NCBI RefSeq assembly: GCF_017310015.1
Contig: NZ_CP022297.1
Location: forward strand, 806,774-838,773
Reading direction: 5' to 3'
From: Marinobacterium iners
Lineage (GTDB): Bacteria; Pseudomonadota; Gammaproteobacteria; Pseudomonadales; Balneatricaceae
DNA length: 32,000 nucleotides
Positions within the stretch are counted from its first letter, which is position 1. Every line of letters starts with the position of its first letter. Positions 17,513-26,562 of the stretch are shown here, in pieces. The notes beneath the pieces were generated by a model. It was not told the DNA's origin. It made no database searches and saw only the letters and a program-made list of their open reading frames with translations. The translations under genes and the position numbers were made by a program.

Positions 17513-18757
17513 CTAACCGTTCACGACCTCCGAATTATTAGTTTCGTTCATGTTATCACTGTCATTGAGTGCATCCAGCATCTTGCTTTGGCTGGTTGTC
17601 GTGACTCCGTTTATCCACTTAGAGTAGCGGGTTAGTGTCATCTGAGTTGTCGAATGCCCCATTTGCTTACTGACCCACATTACGTTTGCGCCTGCAATCA
17701 ATGCCAGCGTGCAAAACGTGTGGCGCGTGTTGTAGGGAGGGCGGTGTCGAATCCCCAGTTTCCTCAAGGCCTTCTTGAAGAAAGTGCGTACTGCCTTGTT
17801 GGTCATGTAATGCTCACCGGTATTGGGGTTAATGAACACCTCCTTAGCCTGTAGTTCAGACCATCGCCTTTGGCGTTGAAGCGCCGCTTTGGCTCTGGCA
17901 TTAAGCTCCACATCTCGAACTTCATAGGTCTTTGTCGGCTTCAAACCACCTCCAGACCGATCCCGGGCACGTTGTACTCTGACTGTAGACTGTTGCCAGT
18001 CAACATCAGACCACATCAGGCCTGAAAGCTCTGACGATCTCAGGCCGGTCCAAAAAGCAAACTCAATCAAATTTGCTTCGCATGGGTGGGCATTTTTGTC
18101 GAGCCAACCGGTGATCATATTGAGCTCTTGTAGGGTGAATGGATCTGGTTCTGGTTTGATATGCTTCTGGTTCTTCAAATACTCCGATGGATCGCGTTCG
18201 ATCTGCATATCTTGTACTGCGAACTTGAAACATCCCCTCAGCGGAGTTAATGCGTTGTTCCGTGTTTTGGCTGAAGACCAGGGAATGCTGTTAACGACCT
18301 CGATTAAATCCGAAAACCGGATGTCGCGTATCAGCATACTCCCCAGTTCTGGCACCCAGTATTTTCGGAGGACCTTTTTGTACTCCATAATCGTAGAGTC
18401 TGCCAACATCAGACTACTCATATAGGTCTGTGCAACCTGTTCGAATGTGCTGTCAGTTTTTTTCTCCTTCTGTGCGTGTTTGCTATCAGGAAACCAGTTT
18501 GCAAATGTGAAGCTACCTAGCTCGATCTCCCTGAGAATCTCGGCACGCATCCGTGCTGCAGCTTTGATGTTTGCTTGTGTCGGCTTCATGCGGACCGTTT
18601 CCTCATACCGCTGCCCCTGGTACTGGAAGCGGACGAGGATAGATGTAGGCCTGATTTTCAGGCCTGTTTGCCGGATTGCACCCAATTTTCGTACTCCTCC
18701 AAATTGAAGTGCAGCCGGCCATCGGGCGACTTCACGTAGATTACCCCCTCTCGCCAT
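17513..18757 (-). CDS. Phage-type tyrosine integrase (DUF3596-like N-terminus)
   Basis: 414 aa. RPTSILVRFQYQGQRYEETVRMKPTQANIKAAARMRAEIL; catalytic region FWTGLRSSELSGLMWSDVDW, PPYNTRHTFCTLALIAG, VSKQMGHSTTQMTLTRYSKW. The start is uncertain because the ORF overlaps the excisionase-like gene by 100 bp. Confidence 0.9.
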   Translation of the reverse strand: MARGGNLREVARWPAALQFGGVRKLGAIRQTGLKIRPTSILVRFQYQGQRYEETVRMKPTQANIKAAARMRAEILREIELGSFTFANWFPDSKHAQKEKKTDSTFEQVAQTYMSSLMLADSTIMEYKKVLRKYWVPELGSMLIRDIRFSDLIEVVNSIPWSSAKTRNNALTPLRGCFKFAVQDMQIERDPSEYLKNQKHIKPEPDPFTLQELNMITGWLDKNAHPCEANLIEFAFWTGLRSSELSGLMWSDVDWQQSTVRVQRARDRSGGGLKPTKTYEVRDVELNARAKAALQRQRRWSELQAKEVFINPNTGEHYMTNKAVRTFFKKALRKLGIRHRPPYNTRHTFCTLALIAGANVMWVSKQMGHSTTQMTLTRYSKWINGVTTTSQSKMLDALNDSDNMNETNNSEVVNG

Positions 18758-18855
18758 ACACCGTCACGGACTTTTGTTTCAATTGCTGCAACAGTGTAAC
18801 CAGTGAGCTCTGCCAGCTTTTTCTTGGTTACAAAGCTGATTGGTTTTACCTTCAT
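18658..18855 (-). CDS. Excisionase-like HTH protein
   Basis: 65 aa. FVTKKKLAELTGYTVAAIETKVRDGVWREGVIYVKSPDGRLHFNLEEYENWVQSG; immediately upstream of and overlapping the integrase. Confidence 0.75.
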   Translation of the reverse strand: MKVKPISFVTKKKLAELTGYTVAAIETKVRDGVWREGVIYVKSPDGRLHFNLEEYENWVQSGKQA

Positions 18856-19389
18856 ATGCGATGCTCTCTACCCTGATCTCTGACTTTAAATTGATTCTTA
18901 ACCTTTTCAGTGAAAGTCACCCGGATGACTGGATGTAGATACTATTTCAAGAGAGTCTGATGTAGAGCGGTGAAATTGCCGAAAAAACGCAATAATTAGA
19001 GGGTCACTTATATTTTATGAGGTTATGGTTTTTTACTATTAACGATAAGCTTATGTGAGTTTGAAATCTAAATGTTCTATATTTTGAAAGCCAAAAAATT
19101 GGCAGTAGTCTGGTCGTGAAATCCCTCACTTGCGAGAAGTGATTCCGCCGTTTTCCATATGCCAGTTGTGCTGTCTAATTTCATGCAGCATAAGTTACTG
19201 TGTGACCGATAACGTCATCAGCTATAACTTCGATGAGCTCTGGTGCAGCAGGGTAGCACTGCAGAGCATCAAGCCTCGTGAGCATCTCATCCTTTAATGG
19301 TCCCGGCCCTGAGTTCTCAAGATGTGATAGGTAATTATGGATGAAGTGCTCGAATGTCTGAATTGGGTCCGGTATCTCTGGCAGAAATG

Positions 19390-21349
19390 TAAGTGCCTGA
19401 GATTGCCTCCGGATCCAATTTGGATTGAAGTGTCGAATCTTCGACACGGGCTTGAGACTGGTCAGGAACGAACGGCACCATGCTGGAGATTCGTGCCTGA
19501 AACGGCCCCCGGATCCAGTTTGGACTGAAGTGTCGATTCTTCGACACGGGCTTGGGACTGACGCATGAATGAACTGCACCGTGCTGAATGTCAGTGCCTG
19601 AGATTGCCCCCGGATCCAGTTTGGACTGAAGTGTCGAATCTTCGACACGGGCTTGAGACTGGTCAGGAACGAACGGCTCCATGCTGGAGATTCGTGCCTG
19701 AAACGGCCTACGGATCCAGTTGGGACTGAAGTGTCGATTCTTCTACACCAGCTTGGGACTGACGCATCAATGAACTGCACCATGCTGAATGTCAGTGCCT
19801 GAAACTGCCTCCGGAACCGGTTTGGGTTGAAGTGTCGATTCTTCGACACGGGCTTGAGACTGGTCAGGAACGAACGGCTCCATGCTGGAGATTCGTGCCT
19901 GAAACGGCCCCCGGATCCAGTTGGGACTGAAGTGTCGATTCTTCGACACGAGCTTGGGACTGGCGCAGGAATGAACTGCACCGTACCGAATGTCAGTGCC
20001 TGAAACTGCCCCCGGATCCAGTTTGGACTGAAGTGTCGATTCTTCGACACCAGCTTGGGACTGACGCATGAATGAACTGCACCATGCTGAATGTCAGTGC
20101 CTGAAACTGCCTCCGGAACCGGTTTGGGTTGAAGTGTCGATTCTTCGACACCAGCTTGGCACTGGCGCAGGAATAAACTGCACCGTACTGAATGTCAGTG
20201 CCTGAAACTGCCCCCGGATCCAGTTTGGACTGAAGTGTCGATTCTTCGACACCAGCTTGGGACTGGCGCAGGAATGAACTGCACCGTACCGAATGTACGT
20301 GCCTGAAACTGCCCCCGGATCCAGTTTGGACTGAAGTGTCGAATCTTCGACACGGGCTTGAGACTGGTCAGGAACGAACGGCACCATGCTGGAGGTTCGT
20401 GCCTGAGATCACCTTCGGCCCAGTGTGATTGAAGTGTCGAGTCTTCGACACCAGCTTGAGGCTGGCCAAGAATGAACTGCACCATGTTGAAGGTCAGTGC
20501 CTGAAACTGCCCCCGGATCCAGTTTGGGGTGAAGTGTCGAGTCTTCGACACGCGCTTGGCACTGGCGCAGGAATGAACGGCACCATGCTGGAAATTCGTG
20601 CCTGAGATCACCTCCGCTCAATGTGATTGAAGTGTCGAATCTTCGACACCAGCTTGGCACTGGCGCAGGAATGAACGGCACCATGCTGGAAATTCGTGCC
20701 TGAGATCACCTCCGGAACCAGTTTGGGGTGAAGTGTCGAGTCTTCGACACCAGCTTGGCACTGGCGCAGGAATGAACGGCACCATGCTGGAAATTCGTGC
20801 CTGAGATCACCTCCGCTCAATGTGATTGAAGTGTCGAATCTTCGACACCAGCTTGGGACTGACGCAGGAATGAACGGCACCGTACCGAATGTCAGTGCCT
20901 GAGATTGCCTCCGGCCCAGTGTGACTGAAGTGTCGAGTCTTCGACACCCGCTTGGCACTGGCACAGGAATGAACGGCACCATGTGAAGGTCAGTGCCTGA
21001 AATTGCCCCCGGCTCCAGTTTAGACTGAAGTGTCGATTCTTCGACATGAGCTTAGGACTGGCACAGGAATGAACGGCACCATGCTGGAGATTCGTGCCTG
21101 AGATCACTTCCGGAACCGGTTTGGGTTGAAGTGTCGAGTCTTCGACACCCGCTTGGCACTGGCGCAGGAATGAACGGCACCATGCTGGAGGTTCGTGCCT
21201 GAGATCAACTCCGGAACCGGTTTGGGTTGAAGTGTCGAGTATTCGACACAAGCTTGGCACTGGCGCAGGAATGAACGGCACCATGCTGGAGGTTCGTGCC
21301 TGAGATCGCCTCCGGCCCCAGTGTGATTGAAATGTCGAATTTTCGACAC
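19390..21349. repeat. Tandem array of 20 mosaic ~100-bp units, each with an 18-bp GTGTCGA-NTCT-TCGACAC dyad
   Basis: Dyads start at 19430, 19530, 19631, 19731, 19832, 19932, 20033, 20134, 20235, 20336, 20434, 20534, 20632, 20733, 20831, 20930, 21030, 21131, 21232 and 21332 (spacing 98-101 bp). In 17 of 20 both 7-bp arms are intact by my reading. Intervening ~82 bp are conserved in alternating variants. Confidence 0.95.
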
Positions 21350-21587
21350 TTATCCAGTATCACAGCCACCAGTTTGGTAGCAGCTCCTGCACCTATGGGT
21401 TCCCAAAGCGATCATCCATCAGCTCCACGATACCCCGTCTTCTGGAGTCCGAATCAGACGCCAGCGGCGTGGATCACCTTGCGGATACGCGGGTATAGGT
21501 GTGTACAAGCGTATTCCTACCCAAAGTGTGCCAGCAGGCGTTGGGCCAACTGCTTATGTGAGTCAGAAATGCTTCAAAATCCTGGCG

Positions 21588-21899
21588 ATGCCCGACGCTC
21601 ATCCAGCGCAGCGACATGATCTGTCGTTTGGCTCTGTCATATTGCTCACAGGTGACCGCTGCGATGTCTGTGGTGACAGCACATCGGACGGAGGTGGATA
21701 TACCCCTCAATTTGGCGTGCTCAAAGCTGATTGGGGGTATGGATCCCGCTATGATGGAGCCCGATACGAGCTGCACTTGTGCGAAAGCTGCTTTTTCTCT
21801 GCGCTGGCGACACTGAAGCAGGAGCGCCTAGCCTGCCGCATGTTTGACGAAAACGAGGGTGATCAGGCTGCAGAGTTTGGATTGGTGGTTAAAGGCTAA
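21588..21899 (+). CDS. Small Cys-rich (putative zinc-binding) protein
   Basis: ORF 21501..21899; internal Met at 21588 gives MPDAHPAQRHDLSFGSVILLTGDRCDVCGDSTSDGGGYTPQFGVLKADWGYGSRYDGARYELHLCESCFFSALATLKQERLACRMF..., with two CxxC pairs. Confidence 0.6.
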   Translation: MPDAHPAQRHDLSFGSVILLTGDRCDVCGDSTSDGGGYTPQFGVLKADWGYGSRYDGARYELHLCESCFFSALATLKQERLACRMFDENEGDQAAEFGLVVKG

Positions 21900-22079
21900 C
21901 ACGGATAAGGAGGGGGCTTACAACCCCGTTCAGGCTCTGGAGTCTGTGTGCAGGTATAGGTTATGTCAGTCTTGGAAACGAGGGTGTTTTTCATCCTCGA
22001 TGAGATAAATTGTCGTTGGCTGGATAGTTGTGTAATCTGTAGGCGATAGGTAGCTGTTTGAAAAGGACGACACTAACTC

Positions 22080-23798
22080 ATGGACTACCAGTTATCCCAG
22101 AGCGGGCAAACAGCTCATGTTGAAGTCACGCGGCTTCCAACAGGTGATCCTCTCCCCGCACTGATTGAATTAGAGAAAGAGCTGGCAGATCAAAATCTGA
22201 GACGGATTGAGCTGTTTTTCAGTGAAGGAGCATCCCCTCCGGTAGATCGCCTGACTCATGCCGGCTATCAGGAATCTGGCTCAGAACGCTTCTTCAAGTC
22301 GGTACACTATCAACCTTCTGTTCGTTTCTCGATCACTGAAAAGTGCAATTACGCATGCTTCTTCTGCCATGAAGAAGGCATGGAGATGGGCAAAGCACGT
22401 GCTGCTGCCCAACAGGAACAGCTATTTGACGTTCTGCGGCAATTCCATGAGTTGAATTATCAGGATTTTACCTTTACCGGCGGAGAGCCTTTGCTCAACC
22501 CGAATAAGATTGTTGCCTGTCTCGATTACATGGAATCAATAGGCTACCTGCCTGACATCACGTTTGTTTCCAATGGGCTGGCTCTGACCGAAAAACTTTT
22601 GGCCCGCCTGCAAGCCTATCCTGGCAAAATGCGCTTTAACATTTCGATGCATAGCCTTGAAGAGCATGCCTACAACCAGATTGTGCAGGATATACAAAAG
22701 CCGAACGCGCCACTTCGTCACAACGAGCACCGCCGCGTAAAAGAAAATTTGCTGAAGCTGCAAGCGGCAGGTATCCCTTTCAAGCTTAACTTTGTTCTAT
22801 TAAAAGGTCTCAATACGTCAGATGAAGCCATCCAGGCTGTGTTGGATTACGCGTTACAGCTTGGCGCAACGCGGATCAAGTTTCTGGAGCTGCTGTTAAC
22901 TAAAGAGCTGAATCATCTGTATGGATACTTCTACCGGCTGGATGCACTGCGCGAGCGTCTAAGTGACCAGCTGACTCTTACAGAGCGGAGTTTCAGGCGT
23001 GATGTGTATCGCTATGCAGACACACAGTTGGAGCTTGAATTCCAGCATTGTACCTGTGCCAGAGGCTGCAACACCTGCACCGTAAATCGTGACGCTAACT
23101 TTACTGCAGAGCTGAAATACTTTCCCTGTTTCCTGCATTCGGATGAAGACTTTGATTTGAAAACTGTGGCGCTTGAAGAGGCGATCACGCAAGGCGATCA
23201 AAAAATTCAACGCATGGCACAGTACTATGGTGATGACAGTCCCATCATTGTTCGTAATCACTATCTGACTCAAGAAGAGCAGTTTTATTACTATCTGGCC
23301 TCATCCAGCGCTATAGAGCAGCTCAAAAGAAAGCTTTCACTGGAGGAAAGGCTGGAGCGCAGACGGGACTTCAACGAGATCTACCTGACGTTGGTGGGTC
23401 AGGCAGGCGACGATTTTTCCACTGTGTACAAGCTAAGCCGCAATAGTTACGACCAGCACGCACTGGAAATCGAGCAGGCTTACAGTTTTGATCCGCTCAA
23501 GCCAGGATTGGTCACGACGCATTTTTCTGGCGAAAGCCAGAAGGTCATTGACCCGGACTTGTACCTGAAACAGCTGGCAGAGCAGGGGTATGAGCAGCGT
23601 TTAAACTTGAACTGGTCCATCTTTTTTTACCGTTTGCGGCGGTCCAGTTTTGTGCGGCAATCAGAGTTATCCATCAGCCATAACCTTGAGAGTGGGCTGT
23701 TCTTTGTAAGATCTGATACTCCCTTGGATGATGAGCAATTGAAGCCAATGACAGAACCCCTAGCTTCGTATATAAGCACCAGAATGCGGCTGGCATGA
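22080..23798 (+). CDS. Radical SAM protein, MoaA-like, with N- and C-terminal extensions
   Basis: 572 aa. CxxxCxxC cluster motif ITEKCNYACFFCHEEGMEMG, GGEP motif FTFTGGEPLLNP, auxiliary-cluster-like Cys set CTCARGCNTCTVNRDANFTAELKYFPCFLHSDEDFDL. ~100-aa N-terminal extension and a long C-terminal region. Confidence 0.88.
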   Translation: MDYQLSQSGQTAHVEVTRLPTGDPLPALIELEKELADQNLRRIELFFSEGASPPVDRLTHAGYQESGSERFFKSVHYQPSVRFSITEKCNYACFFCHEEGMEMGKARAAAQQEQLFDVLRQFHELNYQDFTFTGGEPLLNPNKIVACLDYMESIGYLPDITFVSNGLALTEKLLARLQAYPGKMRFNISMHSLEEHAYNQIVQDIQKPNAPLRHNEHRRVKENLLKLQAAGIPFKLNFVLLKGLNTSDEAIQAVLDYALQLGATRIKFLELLLTKELNHLYGYFYRLDALRERLSDQLTLTERSFRRDVYRYADTQLELEFQHCTCARGCNTCTVNRDANFTAELKYFPCFLHSDEDFDLKTVALEEAITQGDQKIQRMAQYYGDDSPIIVRNHYLTQEEQFYYYLASSSAIEQLKRKLSLEERLERRRDFNEIYLTLVGQAGDDFSTVYKLSRNSYDQHALEIEQAYSFDPLKPGLVTTHFSGESQKVIDPDLYLKQLAEQGYEQRLNLNWSIFFYRLRRSSFVRQSELSISHNLESGLFFVRSDTPLDDEQLKPMTEPLASYISTRMRLA

Positions 23799-23883
23799 AT
23801 ACCAACAAATTTGTTTGCAACACAATGATACCCGGGTCTGTTCATAATACGGAGCTGATGGTAACGAGATGAAGGGGCAGGTT

Positions 23884-25191
23884 ATGCCAACGACAATGAA
23901 CGTCGCTAATTCAAATGGACCGGTCGAAAGTGACCATTGGCTGATCTGTGTCGCGGGATCATCTCCGGCCGTTGTGACCGAAACACTCTATTGCTTGAAA
24001 GACCGTGAAAATTTCCCGAATAAGGTCGTGATATTCACAACCCTACATGGTAAGGGCCAGATCGAAAAACAAGGCTTGAAACAGCAAGTTTCGAATCTGT
24101 GTCGGGACTATAACCTGCCGGTTATCAGTGGCGCTAAGATTGAGGTGCGTATTGTAACGAATTCAGCGGGCGTTGAGCTCGAGGATATACGGACTTCTGA
24201 GCATCAAGAAGCAATGGCTGATTTTTTGACACGACAGATTCGTGAAATAACCCACCCACGAGGCAAAGGCAAAAAGCGCCCTGATTCAATACATGCATCC
24301 TTAGCCGGTGGGCGAAAGAGTATGTCGTTTTATATGGGCAATATCTTCTCATTCTTCGCGAGTGCGAATGATGAGCTCAGTCATGTTCTGGTGGAACCGG
24401 GCTATGAGGTCCCAGGTTTTTGGTATCCGAAACCAGAGCCTTTTAATATCACAGTAAAAAGCTATGCAACCGGAGATGTCACCGGTGTGCTGGATGCGAG
24501 CAAAGCAGAAATTGAGTTGTCCACAATTCCGTTTGTGCAGCTCAGCAATGCATTAGTGAGTACAGATTCGGATGCTTTTCATAATCTGAGCTATCAACAG
24601 TTGGTGGATATTTATCAGGTTACCCTAGATCCAAGTCGGATCAAACTGACATTTAATATTAAAAATCTATCCGTTGACCTCAATGGCCGTGTATTGCCAA
24701 TCCGGAATTTTGATAGTTATCTGTTGTATTACCTAGTCGCACGAGATAGCCATGAAAACTCATTCTCATATCAAAAAGAAGTTTTTGGTAATAAAGAGCA
24801 TGCCTTGACGCAGGCACTATGGCAGCTAATGGGTGAAGTTACGGGTATAAGGGATTTCGAAAGCCTGATAGGTAACAGCTGGGAGGCGCCTGCAGAGTAT
24901 GTCGAAAAGTATATTGCTAGGCTAAAACAAGAAAATCCAGACCTTATTCCTCTTCATCAGAGCCCCAAGCTCTTTAGTTCCCTCTCCAAAGACGGAGTCA
25001 TCAGCGAGAAATCGATTGAGCGGATGATGACCGATATCCGCAAGGCATTAGAGCAGACTGAGGGCCGTCCAACCGTGAATGTATGTAAAGTGGCCACATT
25101 GAAAGAGGATGGCGAGGAACGCAAAGCAGCCAAGGGAGTAGATGCGTACTTGGGGCTTTTATTGCCTGCCCATCAAATTCAACTTATTTAG
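23884..25191 (+). CDS. CRISPR-associated CARF protein of the Cas_NE0113/Csm6-like ring-nuclease family
   Basis: ORF 23869..25191; likely start at 23884 (GGGGCAG upstream). N-terminal CARF signature HWLICVAGSSPAVVTETLYCL and SIHASLAGGRKSMSFYMGNIFSFFASANDELSHVLV are typical of this family. Directly upstream of Cmr genes. Confidence 0.85.
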   Translation: MPTTMNVANSNGPVESDHWLICVAGSSPAVVTETLYCLKDRENFPNKVVIFTTLHGKGQIEKQGLKQQVSNLCRDYNLPVISGAKIEVRIVTNSAGVELEDIRTSEHQEAMADFLTRQIREITHPRGKGKKRPDSIHASLAGGRKSMSFYMGNIFSFFASANDELSHVLVEPGYEVPGFWYPKPEPFNITVKSYATGDVTGVLDASKAEIELSTIPFVQLSNALVSTDSDAFHNLSYQQLVDIYQVTLDPSRIKLTFNIKNLSVDLNGRVLPIRNFDSYLLYYLVARDSHENSFSYQKEVFGNKEHALTQALWQLMGEVTGIRDFESLIGNSWEAPAEYVEKYIARLKQENPDLIPLHQSPKLFSSLSKDGVISEKSIERMMTDIRKALEQTEGRPTVNVCKVATLKEDGEERKAAKGVDAYLGLLLPAHQIQLI

Positions 25192-25291
25192 TCATTAACG
25201 CTATCGAGTTGGTTTAATGAGCTGATTTGATGATTAGGATAAAGACTTTAAAAGCGGTAAAAGCCGCAGCAATATTACAGGGAGCAATGGC

Positions 25292-26560
25292 ATGACGCAG
25301 TTGCAAACATGGATTGACCTGCTGGATCAAACCAATGAAGAACCCAACCTGAAAGCCGAGTTTCAGGTTGTAACGCCGATGTTTATCGGTGACGGTGAAC
25401 AGAAGGCCGACAGTATACGGCCTCCAGCGATCAAGGGCGCGCTCCGCTTCTGGTGGCGGGCGCTGAATTGGAGCCGTTGTCTGCAGCAGGCAGGCAATGA
25501 AGCCAGTGCGCTTAAACAGTTGCATGATGAAGAGGCAGTACTCTTCGGGCTTGCAGCAAAACAGGATGCGCAGGGTAACCAGACTGGAGGACAAGGGGTT
25601 TTCAGCTTGAAGCTAACCCAGAAGTTGGAGCTTTTAAAAGACTGGTCCCCGGGGGCAGGGATCCAGTACCTGCTTGGCCAAGGATTGTGGAATTACAAAG
25701 AGAAGCTGTTGAGAAATGCCATCGCTGATGGTAGCTGCTTTACGATTGAATTGCGTTGGCATCCCAATCGTCTTGATATTGCCGCTTCGAAACTTGTTCT
25801 GAATGTTTCATCGATAAAAGAAACAATAGACGATGCACTGATGGCCTTTGGTCTGCTGAGTGGACTGGGCAGTCGGGCTCGAAAAGGGCTGGGAGCAGTT
25901 TCGATAACAGCGTTATCTGGCAGTCGCTGGTCTGTCCCGACGTCAATGAAATCTTACAAGGAAACCTTGCAAAAGCTTTTGCAACCCAGGTTATCCACCC
26001 GAGTACTCCCTCCATTCACTGCTGTGAGTGCCAACACCCGACTAGACTTCTCCTCTACCGGCAAGGCTGCGAATGCCCTGTTGGAAGAGATGGGCGGGCA
26101 GATGCAGATGTACCGTAGCTGGGGTCGAGAGGGAAAAGTAAACGGTAAATCTGCTGAACAAAATTTCAGAGGAGATCACGATGAAGCTTTGTTCGCGACT
26201 CAAGGCGAGCAACCAAGGAAGCAACCTGAGCGCGCGGTGTTCGGTTTGCCGCATAATTATTTTTTCAGCAGTACAAAGGGTAAAGTTGATATACATGTGA
26301 AAAAGGATGCAGCCGGTGAGCGTCGAGCCAGCCCTCTTTTTCTCCATACCCACTTATTGCCTGATGGTAGTTTTGTAGCCGTACAGCTGCTAATGCCAGC
26401 AGTCTTTTTGCCCGGCAATAATCCCATGCTTGAGTATAAGAGCAAACGTAGTTTTACACTGCCGGCTTCTGATGCTGATTGGAGTGTTATTACCCGATAT
26501 ATGGATCGCTTTAAAAACAAAGAGACTGTAATAACGACTGATCTGCAGGGAGCACAATAA
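25292..26560 (+). CDS. cmr1: Type III-B RAMP protein Cmr1
   Basis: 422 aa. EFQVVTPMFIGDGEQKADSIRPPAIKGALRFWWRAL...LFG with GLGSRARKGLGAV: Cmr1 hallmark. Confidence 0.93.
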   Translation: MTQLQTWIDLLDQTNEEPNLKAEFQVVTPMFIGDGEQKADSIRPPAIKGALRFWWRALNWSRCLQQAGNEASALKQLHDEEAVLFGLAAKQDAQGNQTGGQGVFSLKLTQKLELLKDWSPGAGIQYLLGQGLWNYKEKLLRNAIADGSCFTIELRWHPNRLDIAASKLVLNVSSIKETIDDALMAFGLLSGLGSRARKGLGAVSITALSGSRWSVPTSMKSYKETLQKLLQPRLSTRVLPPFTAVSANTRLDFSSTGKAANALLEEMGGQMQMYRSWGREGKVNGKSAEQNFRGDHDEALFATQGEQPRKQPERAVFGLPHNYFFSSTKGKVDIHVKKDAAGERRASPLFLHTHLLPDGSFVAVQLLMPAVFLPGNNPMLEYKSKRSFTLPASDADWSVITRYMDRFKNKETVITTDLQGAQ

Positions 26561-26562
26561 CC

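Noticed and set aside
19767-21284. Minus-strand ORFs of 81-138 aa across the repeat array (e.g. 20195..20611, 20892..21284) as genes
   Set aside because: They are overlapping readings of the same ~100-bp unit in several frames with no separate coding signature. Kept only as part of the array findings.
19390-21349. Reading the dyad array as a classical CRISPR array of the adjacent type III-B system
   Set aside because: Period is ~100 bp and the sequences between dyads are themselves conserved repeats, not unique spacers; the dyad is only 18 bp. A true array, if present, is probably outside the window.
19390-21349. Reading the array as integron attC sites (VCR-like)
   Set aside because: No GTTRRRY/RYYYAAC core sites flank the dyads, no cassettes lie between units and no integron-type integrase is adjacent; both integrases are phage/P4 type.
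22080-23798. Calling the radical SAM protein a prokaryotic viperin
   Set aside because: The extra C-terminal cysteine set (CTCARGCNTC...C) and TGGEPLL context resemble MoaA-type enzymes more than viperins, and overall length is greater. Substrate cannot be assigned from sequence.
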